Below, piece by piece: positions 1 through 12,194 of a stretch of 52,448 nucleotides of DNA (its first letter is position 1; every line of letters starts with the position of its first letter). Origin of the DNA: Atractiella rhizophila (lineage: Eukaryota). Under the pieces are notes generated by a model, which saw only the letters and a list, made by a program, of their open reading frames with translations, was not told where the DNA came from and did no database searches. The stretch is from NCBI GenBank assembly GCA_021432655.1, contig MU271325.1:39468-91915 (forward strand). The letters run 5' to 3'. The translations under genes and the position numbers were made by a program.

Positions 1-885
1 ATAAATATCTCTTCATTTGTGGCGCCAAAGTGGTCGATGACGTGACAAAGGAAGCTCGTATTGCGACGGCTGATTATGATCGAGAGATTGAAGGATCAGA
101 TGTACCGCCGTTCGAATTTCATCTCGAGTGATGGAATGTGTTTTTCGAGGATGGAGTTGGGGTCTGGAAGAGATGCATCTGAGGATGTGAGCAAACATTC
201 AGTTATTCAACTGTGTAGTAGCTGGCTCCATTGGAAATGTGAGAGGGTTTTATGTTCCGTTGTATCTATTCTTCTAAGAGCGTTGGGTTTCTTGGCGTGA
301 GTCATAAGACGCACTTTTGAGCCCTCACACCTCCCACACCATGCACAATAGAATGAAATGAATTATACCATCATAACCCATATGCTTGCCCCTTTCTGAA
401 GCTGCGAGGAAATTTTATTCTGAGGTGGTAAAAAAATGCATCCCATACTGGACTCGAACCCTTACATGAGTTACAGTAGGGTTCAAGGGGCCATGCCCCT
501 TGCGAGTGGTTTGGGGGGCCTGAGGGACGAAGGCCGCTGATACACTTGTCCATTTCTAACAAGTTTTCTCCCAGTGTCCTTGAACGTACAATCTCCGACA
601 TCCCCAACCATCGAAATATCATTCGGTGGTGGATTAGTAGTCGCTGGGGACAGTGCCGGGGCTTCTACCAGCACTTCGTCAGCAGGTTCACATCCATGCA
701 AAGATGCCCTTTCTCTCTTTTTGCATTATTTGTGCCTCTGGATAAGTACCATGCAGAACGCAAAATACGCCGCGATTGTTGGGAGACTTGTTTCCTTCTG
801 TCTCTGCTGTCTTCGCGATCGATATTCATGTGTTTCGAAAGATGCACCACCACAGAACTTTGGATTATTTGTGCGCCGGTGTTAG

Positions 886-1182
886 ATCACGTGATTGCAA
901 AGAATGTTCATGAACCTCTGCTGCTTCGAAGAGCCCCATCCAACTCATCTGGCCAACGCTTCTTGCTCCGCTCTGCTGATATCTTATCTATATCCTATTG
1001 CTCGGACGACCTGCGATAGAAATAGGAAGACCTTAACTGATGAACGTGGGAGCCAAATCGTTCACGTTCGACTATCTGCTCCATGGCTTGTTTCTACCAT
1101 TCACCAAGCTCTTTTTGGATCTGCAAGCTTCACGGAGCTTTGATTAATTGGTTCGAGATGGGTTGAAATTGATGAGCACGTT
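886..1182. promoter_or_regulatory. Cluster of four Pho4/NUC-1-type bHLH sites (CACGTG/CACGTT) upstream of BTA1
   Basis: CACGTG 888-893 (inside palindrome ATCACGTGAT), AACGTG 1043-1048, CACGTT 1063-1068 and CACGTT 1177-1182, all 140-435 nt upstream of the BTA1 ATG. Fungal BTA1 is a known phosphate-starvation (PHO) target. Confidence 0.55.
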
Positions 1183-1321
1183 CAGTCTCCTGCTGGGGAC
1201 TTATCATAATCCACCTATGTCTCCTCTTCCTGGTGCTTCAACTCCAACTGAAGGGGTTCTTTAAGCTATCCTCAAGGTGTATCAGTGAAGACGCTTCTTA
1301 TTCATCCAGAGTAACGCGAAC

Positions 1322-4300
1322 ATGACGTTGATGCTCTCGCTGCTCCTCTCTTTCATCCTCGCCCTCGCCATCTACTTCTCCCTACCCACGCTCCGTCCCA
1401 TCCTCACCTTCATCCACTCGTGTTTTCTATCACCTCTTTCCCACTCCAAATCACTCGAAGATCGTCTCTCCAACTTCTACACTCGCCAGGCCAATGTGTA
1501 CGATAAGACGCGCAGCGGATTGTTAAGGGCAGGAGGACGATGTTGAAACTCTGTGCTGCCGAGTTGGAGGAGCAAGAGAGGAACTTGAAGCGGGGGGAAA
1601 GGAAGGAACTGGTGTGGGTAGACATCGGTGGTGGGACAGTAATTTTCCCTTTTTTCTCATGTCCTACCACTCACTGAGTTGGTTTGGGAACAGGGATGGA
1701 ATATCGAGGAAATGGACAAGTATTACCCAATCGAGAAATTCGCAGCTGTCTATCTCGTCGATCTCTGCCTTCCCCTCCTCAAAGTGGCAGAAGAAAGATT
1801 CAAGAAACGGGGTTCGCATCCTCCTCTCCTTTCTCACATATTAAGAGCCTGACTTTGTCCGTGGATGGGGCAGGATGGACGAATGTTCACGTCCTCCATC
1901 AAGACGCCACCAAATTCTGCCTTCCCCTCATGTCAGAAAGATTGGCAGGAAAAGAGGTTAGGGTGGACCTATTCACTCTCTCCTACTCTCTTTCCATGAT
2001 TCCCAACTTCTACGAACTCCTCGACCGAATTGACAGGTACAGTCCCCTCTCCTCCCTAATCCGAATTGAAGCTGAACTGACCACGCTTCCGTCGGAGCAG
2101 ATTCTTGGATCCCGTCACAGGTCTGGTCGGTGTGGCTGACTTCTATGTCTCGGGGAGGAAGACTTTTGGAGGAGCGAATGAGGTGGTGGGCGATGAGTTG
2201 AGGCAGGTTGGATGGCTGAGTAGACTGTTTTGGTTGCATTGGTTTGTGCTTTTTTCCTTCCTGCGACTCCCATTTCCAAACTATTAATCATTTTGAGTGT
2301 ATATGCAAGGATAGAACTGCTCTAACGTTAGGTGTATGGTGCAGGTTTGAGCTAGATCACGTCGACCTCCATCCTTCGAGGAGAGAATACCTCGAGTTCA
2401 AGTTCGGGACGAGGAAGAGTTACAATGGTCGGAATAGATTCGTTATACCCCTCATCGTCAGGATGTATGTTCCTTTCCCTCCATTGTCCAATCTTAAGAA
2501 TGCTAATGTGACTTGTACAGCCCCTACGTATGTCGCCCTCTCCCAGCTTGATCTATACTCGCAACCTGGACAAAACAGCTGACTTCATATGGATGAAGTA
2601 TGTGTGGCTTGGCACTTCTCGCAACAAACCATCTCCCTCTCTCTCCGTTGCATCTCCATCTCAACAGTTAACCATCGATGCTAAACCCCCAAGGCACTCG
2701 CCCCCCGCCTCGGACCAACCCTTGGAGAATGGAGGCCATATGGTTAGAGTCGAAATGGGAGACAAGATCATGCGGGGCAACTTCGAGTATCAATCTGAAA
2801 GTCCGTGTCCATTTCCCTTTACTTGGATATCGATAGGTGCAAGCCGTTGATTTGGCGCCAATTGGTGTTGCAGGTGCCAAGTGGAGGCTCCCCTACGAGT
2901 TTCGAAATTTTCACGATGATTTCAGGACCTGGATCTACGGTTTTACTGTACAATTCCCTTTTCTCTCCGGCAAGCAACCCGGTTGATCTGGATCGCAGTG
3001 GGAAGACCCAAATGTCGATATGCAAGCGTTTGGATCGCTTACGCAGCAGGACACGGTGCTTGCCATCACGAGCGCGGGAGACAATTTGCTGCATTATGCC
3101 ATCCACGGCGCTCCAAAGATCGTACGTTATTCTTCCGCGTACTATCAATCGTAGGCGACTGATCATTGGATATTTCGGTCGGCGTACAAGATACATGCGG
3201 TGGATATGAACCCCTGTCAAGGTCATCTGCTGGAGTTGAAACTCGCTTGTGTCCAAGCATTGGAGTTCAACGATTTCTGGAAGGTTAGGCCCGCGACGTT
3301 AAGATATGGAGCTGATGGAAGAATATAGATGTTTGGGGAAGGCAAACACAAGAACTTTCCTGACCTTTTAGATCGCAAACTGTCTCCTTATCTATCAACT
3401 CAGGCATACGCGTTTTGGCGACGCAATTCTAAGGCATTCAACAGCTCCTTCTATCTGCGGGGATATTCTGTCCGTATCTCTCCTATCTCAAAGATTTGCT
3501 GACAAGTACAATGGATTCGATAGGGTTGGGCGTTGAGGCTGATAAAATGGTCTTTCATCCTTTGTGGTGCGCAGGGGACGGTGAAGAAGATTTGCGACAC
3601 GAAGAGCTTGAAGGAACAAATTGACCTCTGGGAGAATCGGTTGAAACCCATTCTTACAAGCAGACTCATCAAATTTGTGCTGGGGAATCCGTACGGCTTC
3701 TCCCGTCCAAAAATCCAGAAAATAAAGTGACACGAGCAGGATATTCATGTGGAACGCACTTGGTGTGCCCAAGAACCAGGTTCGTTATTTGTCATTTCTA
3801 AGCAAGGAAGAACGCCGTTGCTCACGCTGCGAACCAAAAGGCACACATGCTGCTGTCCGAAACAGACATTCTCCAATACATCCTCGACACCTTAGATCCT
3901 GTAGTACACCAAACCCTCCTCTCGTCCACGAACTATCACTACCTTCTTACCCTCCAACAGCGTTACTCCAGCACCTCTCGCCCAGCCTACTTAACGCCCG
4001 ACGGTTTCGAGCGCCTCCGCCTTGGACAAGGGGAGGGAACGGGGTTCAAAATTCACACCGAGAGCTTGGCTGGCGCATTGTCGACGATGAAGGAGGAACT
4101 AACTGTGGTTGTATTGCTTGATGCACTTGACTGGTTTCCAGACGAGATGGCTCTTAAGGTCACCTTGGATGCTTTGCGCGGTGCATTGAAGAAAGGGGGA
4201 AGAGCCTTCTTCAGGAGTGCAGCGACAGATCCTTGGTATGCAAAGGTCTTTGAGAGGAACGGGTTCAGAGTTTCAAGGCTGGGATGCCGGGATGTGGGAA

Positions 4301-4529
4301 AGGGGAAGATGATTGATCAGGTCAATATGTGAGCCTGAAGATCCTTGGTATGCAAAGGTCTTTGAGAGGAACGGGTTCAGAGTTTCAAGGCTGGGATGCC
4401 GGGATGTGGGAAAGGGGAAGATGATTGATCAGGTCAATATGTGAGCCTGTCCCTCGCGTGTTAAATGATTGAAGTTAATCCGCTCCGATGGACAGGTACG
4501 CCTCGTTCTGGAAAGCGACGAAAATATAG
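1322..4529 (+). CDS. BTA1: Betaine lipid (DGTS) synthase, BtaB methyltransferase + BtaA/DUF3419 fusion; multi-exon; one apparent 1-nt frameshift at ~1528
   Basis: N-terminal hydrophobic anchor; RLSNFYTRQANVYDKTR..LL; WVDIGGGTGWNIE; VYLVDLC; LFTLSYSLSMIP; GVADFYVS; LHPSRREYL; IPYYVW; MFGEGKH..F..LL..KLSPYLS; WNALGVPKNQ; C-terminal RAFFRSAA..PWY..DQVNMYASFWKATKI* (last exon 4496-4529). Confidence 0.93.
4227..4449 (+). repeat. Exact 111-bp tandem duplication (4227-4337 and 4339-4449) at the BTA1 penultimate exon/last intron junction
   Basis: AGATCCTTGGTATG...CAATATGTGAGCCTG occurs twice, separated by a single A. Confidence 0.97.
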
Positions 4530-4757
4530 CTTTCTACGACCCATTGTAGAATATTATAGTGTCTAGTGTCTCCGCGGTTCAAAATATTCACCACCGCTAT
4601 CCCTGCTTACCGTGCTGACCCTCTCCTGGTCCGCAAAAACTGCTGAAGCGGGCCCGACTTCTTCAACCTCGATCCAGTCCGGCACCTCCGCTGACATTCC
4701 TCATCCCTTTCCTTGCAATATGCATAAATACCCCTCCCTCATTGGAAAGACACGTTC

Positions 4758-6194
4758 ATGATATCCAGAAAGCTTCTCGCTCTACTGTTCTCGTTACTTG
4801 TACTTTTCATCGCTTTCGCGCTCACTCGAAACCACACCATTGAAGTTGAAACGTCAGGCATGTCAGGTCTTGCAAACAAGGTGCCAACTGCCCCTGCTCA
4901 ATGGCGAGCAGCGCTGGCTGCACTTCCTTCACTAGAAGAGACGAAAGGGAGAATCCCTTCCTTCTTCTTTGCGCATGGTCCGTCAATGCTATCTATTCTG
5001 TACTTGTCTGCTGACAATAACCATGATTGCAGGCTCGCCTGCTATCATCACGCCTAAGCACCTTATGCGCATGAATATGGGCACTATACAAGGGGGATCG
5101 GATTCTCTACTTTCTCAATTCCTTAAGGATTTCGGGCGAGTCCTCCAATTTATTGCCTGCATATTTTACCTTATTGCACGTCAAAACAGGAACACGCTCC
5201 TTGAGAAGTACAAACCTAAAGCGATCCTTGTCTTCTCTGCCCATTGGGAAACATATGAGGAACGACTAGTTACAGACTATGGAGACTCAAATCCGCTGCT
5301 CTACGACTATTATGGGTTTCCGAAGGAAATGTATGAGTTTAAGTACGAAAGTAGAGGGGATCAAGCACTCTCCCAGCGCGTAGTCGAGTTGTTTAAACAG
5401 GTTCGTACCTGCCCTCTCGCCCCCATGTGGAAGGCAAAATTCACCTATGTCACGAATCGCAGGCTGGTTTGAAAGCGAGAACGACTACAGTCAAAGAATC
5501 AAGAGGCCAGTGCGGAAGCAACCGCTTTCGAGAAGCCGACTCAGGTCTAGACCACGGTCCGTCCCTCGTCTTCACTGTAACCGAACATAAATGTTGATGG
5601 ATTGGACAGGTGTCTTCGTCCCATTTATTCACATGTTCCCCAATCCTCAAATCCCTATTGTCCAAGCATCAATCGACTCCTCACTGGAGCCAGAGGATGA
5701 ATGGAAAATAGGACAAAGTGTTGCTGCTCTCCGGTAAGTTAGTTTTTGCGTACGCGAGAGGAAAGACTCAGTTCAAATCAAGGGATGAGGGAATTCTAAT
5801 CCTCTCCGGAGGTCTCACGATCCATACATTTCGAGATCGGAGTGCGTTCAATCCAGATACAGCTGCTCCTGTACGGTCCTTCTTCCATTCACTCAAACGC
5901 TAAAAAGGCTACAGATGTATCATGAGTTCCTCCAAGAATTTCACAAGGCAGCCTTGGTAGAAGATGTGTGTTTCTTCCTTTGTAACCTCAGTGGTGTGAT
6001 TAACAGGTCGGACGTAGGACGCTCAAAGAAAGAAAGATCTTTTCGCTTTGGCGCGTCATCCCACATTTCGGAAGGCTCATCCCAGAGAAGATCACTTTGT
6101 TCCACTTTACATTGGTGCCGGAGCAGGAGAGAAGGGGAAGACGTTGTTATTGGAGGGGATGTACGGGACTGGAACCATTGCTTTTGGGCTGTAG
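4758..6194 (+). CDS. Extradiol aromatic ring-opening dioxygenase, LigB/DODA (4,5-DOPA dioxygenase/YgiD-like) family; multi-exon; alternative start at 4860
   Basis: Spliced motifs IPSFFFAHGSP, LVFSAHWE, LLYDYYGFPKEMY, GLDHGVFVPF, ILILSGGLTIH, AHPREDHFVPLYIGAGAG; stop TAG 6192-6194. Confidence 0.92.
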
Positions 6195-6498
6195 ATTATG
6201 AGCAATTTTGTATTAACGCGGAATATTACCTACCTGCCAAAGACACCCGGCGAGTAAAGACATCTGGATTCCTTGATGCTTTATAAACACCTTTCTGTTA
6301 GATGTCAAACAATGAAGCAATACTATGGGTTCTTGACGTCTTTATACAGATTTTAAACTTGACAAGTCTGAAGGTCTAGGTACAGAAATGCAATACAACA
6401 TGAATGAATGATTCTAGTCGGCCATGACCAGTCAAGAACCGCTCAGGCTTGAATTGGGCTCATTGCAATGTTGAGAAACAGCTGGCCACATTCCACGA

Positions 6499-8964
6499 TT
6501 ACCAGCCAAACGTTTCAGAATGGAAGGTGACACCTCCGCTAGACAATATTCCCAAAATGAACAATGGACCCCACGAGACATAGGACTACGTACGCTTTCA
6601 AAAATCTCCCTTTATTCACACTCCTTACGGCATATTTCGCGCCGCTAACTAACCCTTGGGGACCACAGACGGCGACGAGGACTCCGCCACTTCGTGGGAT
6701 GTCGGGGTAGATGGTGTCGCTCACAAGTTCATTGAGGATCTTGTCGAGATTTGGGCGGGAGGAATATATGTTCGCGCACTCCAGAGTGGCGTACGGCGCA
6801 TTCGTTGGGCCAGTCACTAATCAATAACCGGTGAGGCTGAGGCTAGGTGTTTTGAACAAAGTACCATAAATTTCTATCTTCAAGTCCAAATGAGCTGAGG
6901 TTTTAGCAATTTGACCCAATCCAGATAGGCGGTCTTGTACCCATGCAATGGCAGCTGCAACATCCGTCAACATCCGTCAACTGTTATTCCAGGTTGGAAA
7001 AAGGAGAAGCTGACATTGATGCTTGACTGTCCAAACAAAGACCACATTTCTCGTCCTCGCCGCTCCCCTCTCGATTTGATGCACAAGGTCCTCAAGAACA
7101 GAGACCCCAAAGGAGATTCCGCTCCCTCCTACGGCGATTAAGACGCTCTCCTTCTCTGCCGGATCGTTATACATCAATCCTCCATATGGACCTGTCACAA
7201 CCCAACTCAGTCGCAACTCTAGCGAATGAAAGAAGAGATCTGACCGTGCACCATGACCTTTACGTCTTGCCCCTGTCCTCGCATCGTATTGACCCTACTA
7301 ACACTAACAGGAACAATGGTAGCCGTCATGCCACTCTTCTCTTTCTTTTCAAATCCATAATCGTGCATACCACCCGATGCAGTCCTCAGCAGACTTGCCG
7401 ACGGGAGGTTCTGGATATGAATGGGGAGCGACATATCATTTTCCTTTCCGCTCCTCGTCAACGGGCTTGCCAGTCGGTTGAGATGTGCGGTAAAGTCTCC
7501 AGCAGACTTAACGAGAAGCTCGAGAGCTTGTTTCCCCCTGGAGTGAATGTTCCTCGATGTTCTTTCGTGCAAAGGGGAGGCCACGCACCTGAAAGGAGAA
7601 CAGCTCGATGGCGCATTAGCGATGGTGAAAGGGTGGCTTTCCAACAGCCTCAAGTTCAAAGTCCGTATCCAGACGTGTTGGCCAGCTCTCCATCCATCAC
7701 CAATGGCAGGTATCTCGATTTTCTGCAAAAATTCGGAATTCAGTTCTGAATTCTCGAGGTAGATGAGAGACTGACCGTCATATCCCCCGGCAAAGCGACA
7801 ACCTTCGCAGTGTGAATTCGGGTTTTAATCACTCGAGAGAGCAGGTCGAAGCCGTATATTGCTAGGACGGCGTAAGTAAGATTGCGGACGAATTCGACGT
7901 GGTAGCTGTTTGCAGAGCTGTGAGTCGTTATACAAGAAGGAAATAAGCTGCTCACTTGACAGCGACGAGAAACGAGATCCAACCGATGATATGACTACAG
8001 AGAGCTCAATTCTCAGCCTTCTGTTTTAATGGACGAGGAGGACGGAAAGACAAACCAGTAGAGGAAAACTTGATAAGCATAGGTTCTCACGGGTCTCAAT
8101 GAAGTGAGCCAAATCCATGCGAGGGCGACGCCGGCAACAGTTCCAGAACCGTAGGTGGGATTGGAGAAGGAGTAGTTGTCCTTCACTATCTTCAAGTAGA
8201 AACCGGCGTGGAGAAGACCGCAGACAATTATCAGGAGTCCGCCCCATCGATGGAGGAGGTTCAACTACAATCACGGGTAAACACCAGAGGGACAGAAAGG
8301 GGGAAGTAGAGAGTGAAACGAACCTTTTCGTACCCTTTGCCGATAAATGAGGCGACGGTGTTCTTGCTGGCGAAGAGGATGACGAATGGAAGCTGGGCAA
8401 CTCTACATCCACAATACAGCCGTCAGCTTCAGTTCCCGGAAGAGGAAAAGAATCATACGAAACCACTCCGTATCTCTTCGGACTTTCCTGCTTGAGTTGC
8501 TCAAATCCACCATTGGCCAGCAACCCCCAAACGATGAATCCTGCGTACACGGCGCAGACGCACGCTTGTCCAATTGTAATGTTGAGATAAGGGATGTCGC
8601 GGAGAAGAGTGGCGTTGTAGAGGTACCGAGCACTTTCCAAATAGTTAAGCGAAGCAGAACTATGAGAGAGAACTCACTGGAGGAAGAGCGAACGCTCGCT
8701 CAGCGGCTCAGCCCTCTCCGCTCTGTCATATCCACTCCTCAAGGTCCATCCTTGTCTCCATCTCCCCGTATGGGTTTGAAAGAATCTCGCGAGGATGGGA
8801 ATGAATAGAAGGAACAAGGAACCATAGAATATGAGGAGGCCGTAGTCCATGTGCTCCAACGTGAGGGTGTGAAGACCAGGATCTCCCCCGCCACCTTGTG
8901 GAGGACCGCCAGGAGCCCCACCAGCGCCAGCGCCAGTTGGAGGTTGAGAGGGAGGCGAGGACAT
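6499..8964 (-). CDS. Ferric/cupric reductase (FRE/NOX superfamily) transmembrane component, copy A; multi-exon
   Basis: Heme-ligand helices NLLHRWGG..LLHAGFY; FAD-binding ESHPFTIAN; GPYGG; NADPH-binding IAVGGSGISF and VFVWTVK; VAVCGPQGL; terminal FHSETFGW*. Confidence 0.92.
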
Positions 8965-10374
8965 AGCAATGTATGGGATCTAAGGAATAGAACAGGCAGT
9001 GATGAATTGAATCGATCGTACGATTCTTTTCGAGCGAAATAGAAACGACAGGAGGTAGTAAGGTGAGGTGGTAAATCAGGCCACGGGCCTTTTGAGTAAG
9101 GAACTGAAACGAGGAACTGAAACGAAAATAAAGAGGGTTGACAGGGTTTTTGAAGCCCCTGGTATCAACCATCAAGGGTAGCTGCGAACAGCTGCGAGGG
9201 ACGGGATGATGACGGGAGGCTAGAAACACAAAAGACTAATTGCACTAACGGTGTTATGCCGCTCCTTTGCCTCACAACTTTTCCGTATCGACAGCAAGGG
9301 GTAATCAATCTTCCACATCATGCAGTCACAGCCAAGAGTAAAGTGTCAGCGTTCAGGTAGACATGAAGAAGCTCTGCGGTCTTGTGATAGTAGCAACGGG
9401 CAACAGAGAATAAGGAGACGAAATGAAGGATCCGATGGTTGTTACGTCCATCAAATCAGCTCCCCTGCTGCGCGTAGCTGCTGCAGAGAGACTGCGATTG
9501 GTCAAGAGTTGGCCATGAAAGGAAGTGCGGTGTCAGGCCACAAAGGAGTTCGCTCCAAGTAGTCCACCTATTCTGCCTTAAGTAAATGTAGGTACCCGTA
9601 TCTGAAGAGCCAGCGTCCTGAGTGTTAGGGAGCGAAAGAATACTGGAAAGAATAGTGTGAAATCTTGAAATAAAGCAACCGCAGTCACATGACCTCGCTA
9701 CAAACTCGAAGAGTGGAAGGTTGATTCGGTTGCACTAACCACCCTGTTCAGAATATTAATATGGGCGAGGCGAGGGAAGTAGAAGAAGTGGGGTAGAAAG
9801 GCAGTAAATTTGGAGGTGCCATTGGTCTGATGGGTTAAGTCATTCACTCCGAGTACCCTTAGATATCATCAATATCATTAGTATTATTGTCAACTAAATC
9901 CATGATGGACGCACGACAAAAAAACTGGTCTTTCTGCTGTGTGCAGACTGTGCGGAGCTGTCTTTCATTTTATTGGACTCTACCTTTAGGCAATCAGTGT
10001 GAAAGCTTTTGCATTGACTTTTCTAGCGTCCTAAAATCCCCCCCAATCAATCATAATCATTCCTCAAATTCAAGTAGTCATGAGCATTCCATCCTGATTA
10101 ACACTGTTGTTTTGCTTTATTGCAACTGCACGATCACACCCGCTACGCTAGCTTACCACGCCGAATGCATGGTGTAATATATAGTCAGATCCTATAGCTC
10201 TCTATCCTCATCCCATTCCTCTGTACGAAACGCGACATGTGCTCATCCCACCGTTTTCAGCAGACAAGCCAAAAAGAAAAGTTTGTCCTCTTCGTAAATC
10301 AAGATATGATAAAGATATAAGAGCCTGAGCAGAAGTCGCCTGCCTGCACGTAAACTCGCCGTGCGAAGTTTAGG

Positions 10375-12194
10375 ATGGCAGACCCTACCCAATTTCTTCC
10401 ACCTCAAGTTCTGGAGGAAATCACCGACGCGCTGAGAACAGCGAGGACGTATCAAATTGTCATGGCTGGTGCGCTTGAATGTCCAACTGAGATGTTATTC
10501 AATAACTTTGAGATCGTCAGGCATTTACTTCTGGGAATGGATGTGGGTTCTCTTTTATTATAGGTATCTCCAAGGAACAAATAGATGACCAAGTCCTGGC
10601 AATTCCAGTGTAACATTGCCGCAGGAGTACAATCGAATCTGGTTCGTCATTTTATGGAAAACGATAGAGATGTTGAAAGACGATCATTAGGAAGGACAAG
10701 GCGAGACGATGGACTCCAGTCAAGGTTGCCTTTCTATTTGTGCGACATTTCACTCTTTTATTCCAAGTTGGTTGTCCCTTCTGCCCCTTCTAACCGTCTT
10801 CCAGAGTTGCCTGATGCAATATAGGTTTTCAACACCGTCCTGTTCTGGACCGTCATCCCTACATCAACATGCCACTGGTTGCACTTTTTGCAGCCAACTT
10901 TTGGAGTGCGTCGTTTCACTTCTCTTTAATTGCTGGTTCTGAAGGGGAAGTGGGAGTAGCTGCTGGTTTACAGTACGCTCGTAATGGCTATGACGCTAAA
11001 AAATAGTTCTGATGGTATCTGACAGTCTCGGAAGCTATCATTCTTTCCATCCGAGTATCAGTAATGTGGGAGCATCAACAATGGGTCTCAATCTTCCTGT
11101 ACGTCTCCCTCGGTCCCTCCGCTTCGTATTTCATCTGACTATACCACTGGCTTCAGCGGGCTTTTAGCCACAATTGTCGGTATTGCAACAACGGTTTCGT
11201 TTTCCCACGACGTACCACTGCTGATTCCACCCGGAGAGCCGTGCGTCATTACTCTAAGTCGTCCACATTGTTGAGGTAGAGGCGTTTAGGGGATGCATCT
11301 CCAACGGCGGAGCGGAACCATATAGTAGCATTTTTTGTGCATTCTTCACAGCCATATTATTTGTGCCGCTAAAATGCTGACGTTAAACATGGGGTAGGGG
11401 TCACACCTCTAGCGTTTGACACGTTAGTTTACCTTCTAGAATTAATATACTAACTGAAATTGGCTAACAGCGTCGTTTTGGTACTAACTCTTATGTGCGT
11501 CTTCTCTCTGGTAGTTTTATGATCAACTTGTTAAGCTTTCAATTGTGCAGACCTGTACTAAGGTATTGGAGAAGTGGAGGACAGATTCCAATTCTTACAC
11601 TCATCGTGAGGTATGTCGCAATTCATTCCATCATTTTTCTCTGCTGATATCGTTCAGGGACGGCGTGATTTATTTCATCGTTGTATTCACGGTTAACTTT
11701 ATCAATCTGGTCTATTATTTTTCTTCCTTCAGTGCAAAACCAGTGAGCAACACGTTGTTCGCGTTGTCAGCCTGCTTATCCTCCCTTTCAGCGCGCCTAA
11801 AACGCACCATTGGCAGCAAGTATACCTCCTATTATGTGCTCCCGCTTGGTTTTGGTCTGTCTCCCTTGTGACCTCTCCTTCTACATATCCATACCTAAGT
11901 GTAATGTGGATAGAACATGCGCGGTGCTCGCGAATTCGGCGGCTCCAGCTCTCGCTCTCGCTCTCACTCTCATTCACTGCCCTACGAGAAGGATAGTCAA
12001 TCCAAGAAAGCAACTGACAGAAATCGAAGCACAACCTACCCCCTAAATCAAATATCTCTCCCATCTCCCACTTCGGTTGTCATCATTACAGCACCAGGGT
12101 CGCTCACGAACGCTCCCTAGCGCCCGCAAGCCGTGACATTCTTTCGCCCAAACACCAAGATATAGAGATGTGGAGTACGAGTGACGGAAGGTAA
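10375..12194 (+). CDS. Multi-pass membrane protein of the basidiomycete DUF6533-like family, copy A; many small exons; indels in the 3' part break the frame
   Basis: Exon peptides RTARTYQIVMAG, ILSIRVSVMWE, RDGVIYFIVVFTVNFIN, IMCSRLVL(NMR) are typical of this family. Relative to copy B there are extra bases at ~11721, ~11794-11800 and ~12114-12124, giving a premature stop at 12120. Confidence 0.65.

Noticed and set aside
371..1150. Short ORFs upstream of BTA1, including a faintly SAP-domain-like minus-strand peptide (KLREACRSKKSLVNGR, ~1090-1140)
   Set aside because: Needs several frameshifts and yields no coherent gene model; too weak to call.
2819..3256. 145-aa minus-strand ORF and overlapping + ORFs
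   Set aside because: Lie within BTA1 exons and introns; explained by the spliced + strand gene.
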